64,000 nt of DNA from Bacteroidaceae bacterium (lineage in GTDB: Bacteria; Bacteroidota; Bacteroidia; Bacteroidales; Bacteroidaceae). The notes below the pieces were generated by a model. That model ran no database searches. It saw nothing but the letters and a program-made list of their open reading frames with translations, and was not told the DNA's origin. The translations under genes were made by a program, and so were the position numbers. The DNA lies in NCBI GenBank assembly GCA_017617575.1, contig JAFZVY010000048.1, forward strand, positions 12,963 to 76,962, written 5' to 3'. Within the stretch, counting starts at the first letter, position 1, and every line of letters begins with the position of its first letter. Positions 29,954 to 38,221 of the stretch are shown in pieces.

Positions 29954-30225
29954 GCTTCAGCTCGTAGTTATTGAGTGCTTGCATAATGTATTGTCATGCA
30001 ATTGCAACATGTATTGTTATACACTTGCAGCGTGAATTGTTGTGCACTTGCAACGTTGGTTATCGTTTGCTCTAAACTATAGTCGTTGTTTATCCTAACC
30101 ATAGTTATTGCTTGTTCTAAACTATAGTTATTGTTTGTCCTAAACTATAGTTGTTATTAACTCTATACCATAGTTATTGTGCACTTTCAATATCAGTTTT
30201 GTGCGCACTTTCCAATAGCTGTTAG
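29954..30225. repeat. Second 23-bp-phased degenerate tandem array (about 11 units)
   Basis: CTTGCA/ATTGCA heads at 29978, 30001, 30024 and 30047. CTAA(A/C)C(T/A)ATAGTT cores at 30072, 30095, 30117, 30140 and 30163. Weaker units run to about 30225. Confidence 0.8.
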
Positions 30226-30233
30226 CCTACTTT

Positions 30234-31775
30234 TTACTTAGCAAATGCAACGGCACGAGTTTCACGGATAACCGTAATCTTAACCTGTCCAGGGTAAGTC
30301 ATCTCGTCCTGTATCTTCTTTGCGATGTCTGCACTTAGAGTATCAATCTCCTTGTCCGAAATCTTGTCTGCACCTACAATTACTCGGAGCTCGCGACCTG
30401 CCTGAATAGCGTATGTCTTTGTAACTCCTGGGTAGCTGCTTGCAAGGTTCTCAAGGTCATTGAGTCGCTTGATGTAAGCCTCTACAATCTCACGGCGTGC
30501 TCCAGGACGTGCACCACTAATGGCATCACAAACCTGAACTATTGGAGCGAGGAGTGAAGTCATCTCCATCTCGTCGTGGTGAGCACCGATAGCATTGCAG
30601 ATATCTGGCTTCTCCTTGTACTTCTCAGCAATCTGAGCACCATAGAGTGCGTGTGGAATCTCAAGCTGCTCGTCAGGTACCTTACCTATATCGTGGAGGA
30701 GACCTGCACGGCGGGCCTTCTTAGGATTGAGACCGAGTTCTGCCGCCATGACGGCACAGAGGTTAGCTGTCTCACGTGCGTGCTGGAGAAGGTTCTGACC
30801 GTAAGAAGAACGGTACTTCATCTTACCTACGATACGGATAAGCTCTGGGTGGAGACCGTGAACACCGAGGTCGATAGTTGTACGTTTACCTGTCTCGATA
30901 ATCTCTTCCTCAACCTGCTTCTTAACCTTTGCAACTACCTCCTCGATACGTGCTGGGTGGATACGACCGTCGGCAACAAGCTGGTGGAGAGCAAGACGAC
31001 AGATTTCACGACGAACAGGGTCGAATGCGCTGATTACGATTGCCTCTGGAGTGTCATCAACTACGATTTCAACACCAGTAGCTGCCTCAAGAGCGCGGAT
31101 GTTACGTCCTTCACGACCGATAACACGTCCCTTTACCTCGTCAGAATCAATATGGAATACTGTTACTGAGTTCTCAATAGCAGTTTCAGTTGCTACTCGC
31201 TGGATTGTCTGGATAACAATCTTCTTTGCCTCCTTTGAAGCAGTCATCTTTGCATCGTCAATGATTTCGTTGATGTACTGCTGTGCCTGAGTCTTAGCCT
31301 CGTCCTTGAGTCCCTCAATGAGATGCTCCTTTGCTTCCTCAGCAGAAAGGCCGCTGATAGCTTCGAGCTTCTTGAGTTCTTCGTCGTGGAGAGCATCAAC
31401 TTCTTCCTTCTTTCGTGTGAGTACTTCTTGCTGCTTGTCGAGTGCAGCCTTCATCTTGTCACTCTCAGCGTTCTTGCGCTGAAGATCTTCGTGGCGCTGG
31501 TTAAGCGCAAGCTCACGTTGCTTGAGTTTGTTTTCAATCTGCTGAATTCTCTGGTTGCGCTGTGCTGCTTCCTTCTCCATTTCAGCCTTCTTGTTGAGGA
31601 ACTTCTCTTTTACTTCAAGCAGTTTAGTCTTCTTGATTGCTTCACCCTCAATCTTTGCATCTTCTATAATCTGCTCCTTCTTTTGGGTGATAATCTTATT
31701 GAACACGGCATATCCCAAGCCGAAACCGACTACGAGACATGCAACTGCTATACATATTGCCAATATGATATCCAT
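30234..31775 (-). CDS. rny: Ribonuclease Y
   Basis: N-terminal TM helix, long coiled coil, KH motif [11 protein letters not shown] and HD domain LLHDIGK. Confidence 0.92.
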   Translation of the reverse strand: MDIILAICIAVACLVVGFGLGYAVFNKIITQKKEQIIEDAKIEGEAIKKTKLLEVKEKFLNKKAEMEKEAAQRNQRIQQIENKLKQRELALNQRHEDLQRKNAESDKMKAALDKQQEVLTRKKEEVDALHDEELKKLEAISGLSAEEAKEHLIEGLKDEAKTQAQQYINEIIDDAKMTASKEAKKIVIQTIQRVATETAIENSVTVFHIDSDEVKGRVIGREGRNIRALEAATGVEIVVDDTPEAIVISAFDPVRREICRLALHQLVADGRIHPARIEEVVAKVKKQVEEEIIETGKRTTIDLGVHGLHPELIRIVGKMKYRSSYGQNLLQHARETANLCAVMAAELGLNPKKARRAGLLHDIGKVPDEQLEIPHALYGAQIAEKYKEKPDICNAIGAHHDEMEMTSLLAPIVQVCDAISGARPGARREIVEAYIKRLNDLENLASSYPGVTKTYAIQAGRELRVIVGADKISDKEIDTLSADIAKKIQDEMTYPGQVKITVIRETRAVAFAK

Positions 31776-31808
31776 GTCTTAATTTAAAATGTTTTTAGGT
31801 TATATTAC

Positions 31809-32105
31809 TTAGATACCGAGTTCAGCCAACTTATCCTCGATACCCTTCATCATTTCCGTGTAAGGTGCGTTGTCTGCTTTGTTCTCAATCTTGACACAAT
31901 CAACAAAGACAGTGAGCATGGCCATAACATAGTAATATTTCTCGTTTGGAACTGATGAATACTTGCCACGTAGGAACTGTAAGCGCTTCTGTATGTCAGC
32001 AGCTGCCTTACGCCACAGTTTCTCTTCCTCAGCATTGCTGACAGTCATAGGAAACTGCATGTCCTCTACGTTGATAGTAATATTAAGTCGTTCGTTTGTA
32101 GGCAT
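31809..32105 (-). CDS. zapA: Cell division protein ZapA
   Basis: 98 aa helical protein immediately upstream of rny, the conserved Bacteroidales arrangement. Confidence 0.7.
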   Translation of the reverse strand: MPTNERLNITINVEDMQFPMTVSNAEEEKLWRKAAADIQKRLQFLRGKYSSVPNEKYYYVMAMLTVFVDCVKIENKADNAPYTEMMKGIEDKLAELGI

Positions 32106-32107
32106 AA

Positions 32108-32452
32108 TTACTCATTGTCTTCTGCTGATGCGTCTTCGTCATCTATCATAGCCTCACTGTCAGACGTGAGTATGCTGATGCACTTGTTTACAGTACGCAC
32201 CATGTTCGTGATTCTTAGCTTTGCTTCCTTTTTGTCCTTGTCGCTAACGCTAATAATCTTGGCGATTTTCAGATTGTCATAATCTGCCTTGCTTTGTTCT
32301 GCAATAGTCTTGAGATTTAAGATTTCCTTATCTTTCTCCACTATAGTAGTTAGCAGGGCGTCGTTCTCTTTTTTGAGCGCACAATAAGAGGCGATGAGTT
32401 GTTGGATCTTCGCTTCAAAACTTTTTATTGTTAGTTTTTCTTCTTCTGTCAT
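32108..32452 (-). CDS. Small coiled-coil protein with acidic C-terminus (ZapB-like role possible)
   Basis: Heptad-rich sequence with no TM segment. Only a 2-nt gap to zapA. Confidence 0.55.
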   Translation of the reverse strand: MTEEEKLTIKSFEAKIQQLIASYCALKKENDALLTTIVEKDKEILNLKTIAEQSKADYDNLKIAKIISVSDKDKKEAKLRITNMVRTVNKCISILTSDSEAMIDDEDASAEDNE

Positions 32453-32517
32453 GTGCGTGTTTCTATAACAAATCTGTGCAAATATATGTATTTTGTCTTA
32501 TTTGACAAACTATTTGC

Positions 32518-33165
32518 TTACTTTTTTAACTTTTGCTCGGCTTTTTGTATCTCTTCGTCGCTTGGCTTTGGCGCTTTCTTTGCGAGGATGATGATATTAA
32601 GCACGTAGTCCCTTATCCACTCTTCTGAGAATCCGAGCATCTGCTGGTATCTCTTGATTGATGCTGCTGTGCGACGATTAACGTCGTCAGACCAGTTGTT
32701 GCTTGTAAGCACCTCGTGAACCTCCTTGCTTACCATGCTCTTGATAAGTTTCTTGAAGAAACTTGGAATACGCATCTTGAGGTTGAGACGGTTGCTCATG
32801 AACATGATAATTTCCTGACTGAATCCTTGGAATGCAATCATATAGTTGCGGATGTCGTTAGGATTCTTGCAGTTCTTCTTGATGCTCTTGTCAATCTCCT
32901 TGAAGAAGTTGTCGTTCAATCCGTAGATGTCCATAAGCATCTTGCCGCATACCTTCTTCTCGTTGAGACCGAGCTTGTTGTTTACGGTTGCTATGTGCAA
33001 CGAACGCTTGAATGCTGCCAAGTCAGGGAGCATTGCAAGGTTTGTTATTCCGAAATTAGATGCAAGTGTGCATTGGAAGTAAACACGTATGAGTGTCATG
33101 AAGTCTTCCATACCACCTACATTTTCTTTCTCCTTTTTTTTGAAAATATTAGATATAAAACTCAT
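32518..33165 (-). CDS. Hypothetical cytoplasmic helical protein
   Basis: Long ORF with a normal codon pattern. No recognisable motif. Confidence 0.55.
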   Translation of the reverse strand: MSFISNIFKKKEKENVGGMEDFMTLIRVYFQCTLASNFGITNLAMLPDLAAFKRSLHIATVNNKLGLNEKKVCGKMLMDIYGLNDNFFKEIDKSIKKNCKNPNDIRNYMIAFQGFSQEIIMFMSNRLNLKMRIPSFFKKLIKSMVSKEVHEVLTSNNWSDDVNRRTAASIKRYQQMLGFSEEWIRDYVLNIIILAKKAPKPSDEEIQKAEQKLKK

Positions 33166-33181
33166 GTTGTACTATTATTTG

Positions 33182-34588
33182 TTAATATGCGTTCTTTTCT
33201 CCGCAGAACATATTGGTTACGGTCTTAACCATAATCTTTATGTCAAGGAAAAAAGTCCAGTTCTCTATGTATTCAATATCCTTCTTTACACGACCTTCCA
33301 TCTGGTCGATGTACTTTGTCTCTCCTCTGAAGCCTGTTACCTGTGCAAGTCCTGTGATACCCGGTTTTGCAAGGTGGCGAACCATGAAACGGTTGATAAG
33401 CTTAGAGTATTCCTCTGTGTGAAGCAACATGTGTGGACGTGGGCCTACAAGTGACATGTCTCCCTTGAACACGTTGATGAATTGTGGGAACTCGTCAATG
33501 TTTGTCTTACGCATGAAGTCTCCGAATGGGAACTTGCGTGGATCGTCCTTAGTTGCCTGTATCTTGTCTGCATCCTTGTTCACCTTCATTGAACGGAACT
33601 TGTAGCAGAAGAATATCTTTCCGTCAAGTCCTGTTCTCTCTTGCTTGAAGAAGATTGGACCTGGTGACTTTATCTTAATCATTATTGCTACAAAGACGAA
33701 AAGCCATGGGAAGATAAGTATGAGCACCATAGAAGACACAAGGATGTCAAACGCTCTCTTCATTGCCTTGTTTAAAGGCTTTGCAAGTGGCTCTTCACGC
33801 TTTGCTATTATTGGAGTACTGTCAACGAACTCCATTGATATCTTCTGCCCGAATACATTTATGACAGGGATATAGTAGAAACGGATGAGATGATTGTCTG
33901 CAAACTTTCCAATCATGTTGATTGTGTCTTGCTTCTCTGCTGGAATGTAGCCGTAGATTTCGTTAATGTCGTTGTTCTCCATAAGCCACATGTATATATC
34001 CGAAGTCTCTCCGAGTTTCATGCTCTTGAATTCCTCGAACTCGGAATCTCCATCGTAGAAGATACCTTTTATATTATAACCGTACTCTGGATTGGAAAGA
34101 GTCTTGTAAACATCATATACAGACATCTCGCTTCCAATAAGTATGATGTTCTTTACGTTTCTCTTCTTGGAACGTAGCAACACAAAGATCTTTCTTACGG
34201 AAAGTCTCTCTGCAAAAAGAAGTGGAGTGTAAATGATGATTACAGTCAATAGAAATGACCTTGGGAAGGAAGAGTTACCCCTTGTAAACTGTAAAAGCAT
34301 TGATACGAAAAGGAACATCAGCAAGCAAGTCGTTGTTACACGTTTTGCTACATCTTCTGACTTTACGATTCTTTTCTGAATCAATGATGGATATATGCTG
34401 TAACTTGCCAAGAAACTTGCCACAAAGATTGCTATCAATGCTGGCAAACTGCCGACTGATGCAATTTTGGGAGTGTAGTACAATCCTTCAACGTAATAAA
34501 CACCAAGGATGACTGTAATTAAGAGTGCGATGTCTATAAGCATAATGCATCCCTTTAGGGTGCTTTCTTTGCCCATATATGTTGCCAT
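33182..34588 (-). CDS. Large polytopic phosphoglycosyl transferase (WcaJ/WbaP-like, undecaprenyl-phosphate hexose-1-P transferase)
   Basis: N-terminal TM bundle, central Rossmann-like segment (KNIILIGS), and C-terminal KFRSM and DEFPQFINVFKGDMSLVGPRP motifs. Confidence 0.85.
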   Translation of the reverse strand: MATYMGKESTLKGCIMLIDIALLITVILGVYYVEGLYYTPKIASVGSLPALIAIFVASFLASYSIYPSLIQKRIVKSEDVAKRVTTTCLLMFLFVSMLLQFTRGNSSFPRSFLLTVIIIYTPLLFAERLSVRKIFVLLRSKKRNVKNIILIGSEMSVYDVYKTLSNPEYGYNIKGIFYDGDSEFEEFKSMKLGETSDIYMWLMENNDINEIYGYIPAEKQDTINMIGKFADNHLIRFYYIPVINVFGQKISMEFVDSTPIIAKREEPLAKPLNKAMKRAFDILVSSMVLILIFPWLFVFVAIMIKIKSPGPIFFKQERTGLDGKIFFCYKFRSMKVNKDADKIQATKDDPRKFPFGDFMRKTNIDEFPQFINVFKGDMSLVGPRPHMLLHTEEYSKLINRFMVRHLAKPGITGLAQVTGFRGETKYIDQMEGRVKKDIEYIENWTFFLDIKIMVKTVTNMFCGEKNAY

Positions 34589-34737
34589 TATCTGTATTTT
34601 GTTTCTGAATGTTCAAATGAATTTTGTAAACTTGATGTGCAAAGATAGCTAATTATTCCGATAAAACGGACATTCCATTTTGTTTTTTTTGTGAATGCTA
34701 AAAAAAAGTTCGTTTGGGTGAATTTTGTGCCATTTGT

Positions 34738-34769
34738 TTTGCTAATATGAAAAAAACGCTGTATATTTG
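34738..34769 (+). promoter_or_regulatory. Bacteroidota-type promoter upstream of the tyrosine kinase gene
   Basis: TTTG (34738-34741), 20 nt spacer, TATATTTG (34762-34769). Located 59 nt upstream of the ATG. Confidence 0.45.
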
Positions 34770-34827
34770 CCGATATTTTTGGCAAAGAAAATGCTTCATT
34801 CTTGAAAATAAATAACATATCTAATAT

Positions 34828-37323
34828 ATGCAGGTGAACAGTACTGACGCTAAAGTTAGCGCAATTGAGGAAGAAGAATCAAGTTTTGATATTCGTATGA
34901 TTTGGGCCGTATTTATGGAGTATAAATACTGGTTCCTTGCTTCTGTTATAGTTTGCGTTACATCCGCAATGATTTATTTGCGCTACACAACTCCAATTTA
35001 CAGTGTGTCTTCTAAGATTCTTATCAAAGATAAGCAGCAAGGAGGATATGCTTCATCTATTAATAATACTTTCTCAGAACTTGGTTTTACCAATAGCTCT
35101 AACGGTTTTGATAACGAGTTGGAGATTATTGGAACTAAGTCTCTCAACAAGCGTGTAGTTCGTGAGTTGAAACTTTACACTTCATATGTTATGGAGGGTA
35201 AGTTGAAAGATCATGAAATATATGGTAAGTATTCTCCATATACTATCGACATTGAGGGGGAGGAACTCGACTCTCTCAAGTCTGGTGTTTCTGCCGAGAT
35301 TGTAGAGGTTGACAAAGGCATTAAGATTACTCTTAAGGCAGAGGGCGAGGAGTTCGTAAGGGAAATCAAGTCTTTCCCAACAATTATTCCTACTCCTTGT
35401 GGCTCAGTTGTGGTTGACAAGAACTCACGCGTTAAGGGCGCTTCTCTTAATGGACAGATTCTTCATGCAAGTATTTATCCAATCGATGCTGTGGCAGGTG
35501 GCTACGCTGGCGGTCTTAGTGTTACTCCTACATCTAAGACAACTACTGTCGCACTTGTGACTCGTATGGATAATATCCCAGACCGTTCCGTTGATTACCT
35601 TAATGCTCTCGTTAAGGCATATAATGACGATGCTAATGATGATAGTCAAGAGGAGGCAAGAAACACTCAGAAGTTCATTGAACAGCGCCTCACTGAGATA
35701 GGTCATGAGCTTAATTTGTCAGAGACAGAGCTTGAGCGTTACAAGGCATCTAAGAGAATCGTGAACAATGGTCAGGATGCTTCAATGGACGCAAACCAGA
35801 ATTTGCAATATACAAATAAGTTGTCTGAGATTGGAACACAAATCAATCTTTTGGACTTCCTTATTGAGTATGTGAACAATATGAAAGATCTTGATGCTAT
35901 TCCAAATAACATCAATATTACTGACCCTGCTCTGAACTCTATGATTACAGAGTTCAACAAGATTATCTTTGACAGGAAGCGTCTTCTCCGTACAGCTAAT
36001 GAGAATAGCCCTGCGGTAACTCAGAAGACTGAGTTGGCAGAGAGCTATCTTGGTAGTATCAAGTCTTCTCTTGCAAGTGCAAAGCGTGGATTGACTATTC
36101 AGAAGAGTGATATCATCAAGCAGCAGAACAAGTATGAAAGCCTTGTTACGGATGCTCCAAAGAAAGAGCGTGAACTCACAAGCATGGGTCGTAACCAGAG
36201 CGTAAAGTCTGACCTTTATGTCATGCTTCTCCAGAAGAATGAGGAAAACCTTATCACACTTCATTCACAGGCTTACAAGGCTAAGCAGATTGAGGAACCA
36301 TCAGTTGCTGGTCCTGTTTCTCCAAAGCGTCAGATGATTCTCTTGATTGCTTTGGGTATTGGTATTGGTCTTCCATACGCAATATACTTCATACGTAATA
36401 TGTTCCGTTACCGTGTTGAGGGCAAGGAGGATATTGCAAAGTATACTTCCGTACCATTGTTTGGTAGCATTCCTTATGTTAAGGCTTTGGCTAAGGGTAA
36501 CCGTACAATCGTCCTTCAGGAGAACCACAATAGTGTGATGATGGAGTGCTATCGATCCCTCCGTTCTAACTTGCCGTTTGTCATCTCGAAGGAACAGAAG
36601 GTGCTTCTCTTTACTTCATGTACATCAGGAGAAGGTAAGACCGTTATCGCGGCAAACTTCGGTACTTGTGTGGCTTTCGCTGGCAAGAAGGTTCTTCTTA
36701 TCGGTCTTGATATCCGTAAGCCGCGTCTCGCAACACTCTTTAACCTTGCAGAGACAGAGATAGGTATCTCTAACTACTTCGCAAGAGACCCACGTGACTT
36801 CGATTATCTCGACAAGCTTATCCAGAACTCTGGTATCAGCGATAATCTTGATATTCTCCCAGCGGGTTCTATTCCTCCAAACCCATCAGAGCTTCTTGAG
36901 AAGTCTAACTTGGGTATAGCTCTTGACCACCTCAAGACTAAGTATGACTACATCCTTATGGATACTGCACCTGTGGGACTTGTATCTGATACGCTCACTA
37001 TTGCCAAGTATGCTGACGCAACAATGTTCGTTGTTCGTTGTAACTATACTCTCAAGGCTGACCTTGACTTCGTAAATGAGCTTCATGTTGACAAGCGTTT
37101 GCCTAATATGAACGTAATCCTCAACGGTCTTGTTTACACTCACAACAGCTATAGCTACAAGCGTTACGGTGGTTACGGTTACGGTAAGAGCTACGGTTAC
37201 GGTAAGAGCTACGGCTATGGAAAGGGTTATGGTTACGGCTACGGTTATGGTTACGGATATGGCTACGGCTACGGTTATGGCTATGGTAACACTGAGGGTA
37301 ACCAGAAGCTTGAGGAGGTATAA
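34828..37323 (+). CDS. Polysaccharide co-polymerase / BY-type tyrosine autokinase (Wzc-like) with (GY)n C-terminal tail
   Basis: Wzz-like N-terminal half with two TM helices and a coiled coil. Walker A SCTSGEGKT, Walker A' LLIGLDIRKP and Walker B YDYILMDTAP. About 20 Tyr in the last ~62 residues. Confidence 0.85.
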   Translation: MQVNSTDAKVSAIEEEESSFDIRMIWAVFMEYKYWFLASVIVCVTSAMIYLRYTTPIYSVSSKILIKDKQQGGYASSINNTFSELGFTNSSNGFDNELEIIGTKSLNKRVVRELKLYTSYVMEGKLKDHEIYGKYSPYTIDIEGEELDSLKSGVSAEIVEVDKGIKITLKAEGEEFVREIKSFPTIIPTPCGSVVVDKNSRVKGASLNGQILHASIYPIDAVAGGYAGGLSVTPTSKTTTVALVTRMDNIPDRSVDYLNALVKAYNDDANDDSQEEARNTQKFIEQRLTEIGHELNLSETELERYKASKRIVNNGQDASMDANQNLQYTNKLSEIGTQINLLDFLIEYVNNMKDLDAIPNNINITDPALNSMITEFNKIIFDRKRLLRTANENSPAVTQKTELAESYLGSIKSSLASAKRGLTIQKSDIIKQQNKYESLVTDAPKKERELTSMGRNQSVKSDLYVMLLQKNEENLITLHSQAYKAKQIEEPSVAGPVSPKRQMILLIALGIGIGLPYAIYFIRNMFRYRVEGKEDIAKYTSVPLFGSIPYVKALAKGNRTIVLQENHNSVMMECYRSLRSNLPFVISKEQKVLLFTSCTSGEGKTVIAANFGTCVAFAGKKVLLIGLDIRKPRLATLFNLAETEIGISNYFARDPRDFDYLDKLIQNSGISDNLDILPAGSIPPNPSELLEKSNLGIALDHLKTKYDYILMDTAPVGLVSDTLTIAKYADATMFVVRCNYTLKADLDFVNELHVDKRLPNMNVILNGLVYTHNSYSYKRYGGYGYGKSYGYGKSYGYGKGYGYGYGYGYGYGYGYGYGYGNTEGNQKLEEV

Positions 37324-37354
37324 TGTTAAATATTCACTAAATAATATATAGGCA

Positions 37355-37807
37355 ATGGTTATAGCAGTTGACTTTGACGGTACAATCGTTGAGCATCGTT
37401 ATCCTGAAATAGGAGAGGAACGTCCTTTCGCAACAGAGACTTTGCGTAAGTTGATTGATGAGCGTCACAAGATTATTCTTTGGACAGTACGTGAGGGTCA
37501 GCTTCTTGACGATGCCTTGAATTGGTGCAAGGAGCGTGGCGTGGAGTTCTATGCCGTCAATAGTGATTCCCCAGAGGAGTTCATTGGCGATATAAATGCC
37601 AACAATTCGCGCAAGCTCAATGCCGATGTATTTATTGATGACAGAAATGTAGGTGGTATCCCAGACTGGGGTACTATCTACAATATTATAACAAAGGGTA
37701 GGACCTACCAGCAGATTCTTCGTCAGCGCATCAAGGAAGAGATGGGCGAACTTGAGCCACCTACTCCAAAGTGGATGTTCTGGAAATCTAACCGCGGTAG
37801 GAGATGA
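37355..37807 (+). CDS. Small cap-less HAD-like phosphatase-fold protein
   Basis: The N-terminal VDFDGTIV matches HAD motif I (DxDxT). 150 aa. The family recalls small Bacteroides HAD-like proteins of unknown substrate. Confidence 0.5.
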   Translation: MVIAVDFDGTIVEHRYPEIGEERPFATETLRKLIDERHKIILWTVREGQLLDDALNWCKERGVEFYAVNSDSPEEFIGDINANNSRKLNADVFIDDRNVGGIPDWGTIYNIITKGRTYQQILRQRIKEEMGELEPPTPKWMFWKSNRGRR

Positions 37808-37860
37808 TTGTCAATTGGCAATTAACAATTAATAATTAACAATTAACATTTGACAATTAA

Positions 37861-38032
37861 TGACTAAGCGTAGCGTTTTCGCTTATTTATAGTCGAAGAA
37901 AGATGATGACTAAGTGCAGCGGTCTCGCTTGCTTCAAGGACGTAACCAGCAAGCAAAAGTGACTAAGCGCAGTTGTCTCACAGACTTCTATCCGAAGAAA
38001 GATGGCTAAGCGCGGTGGTCTCGCTGACGGCA
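37861..38032. repeat. Four tandem 43-53-bp units headed by TGACTAAGCG..GGTCTC(G/A)CT
   Basis: Unit heads at 37861, 37907, 37960 and 38003. An inverted single copy (GTCAGTGAGACCACTTCGCTTAGT) lies at 8783-8806. Confidence 0.8.
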
Positions 38033-38221
38033 AAATAAGTAGCTATCATGCATTCTCCCTTTTAGTCGAGTTCGGCTAAAAGCCGCAAGAACCAAGAAAC
38101 TTACAAACTTAAAAAACATAAAGCATATTATGATTCCTGATTCGGACGGATGTCCCGCGGCCTCGTGTGGCGCGACATTCATAATTGAGGTAAATAATTC
38201 TAAAAAACAAAGGAGGCTTCT

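Noticed and set aside
37130-37351. 73-aa alternate-frame ORF across the YG repeat
   Set aside because: It is a frame-shifted reading (VTVTVRATV...) of the tandem TAYGGN repeats inside the kinase gene.
38100-38221. Possible Mg2+/M-box-type riboswitch in the leader of the CNNM gene
   Set aside because: Only a short GGATGTCCCGCG...CGCGACATTC hairpin is visible. I cannot recognise the conserved M-box core, so there is no support without a covariance-model search.
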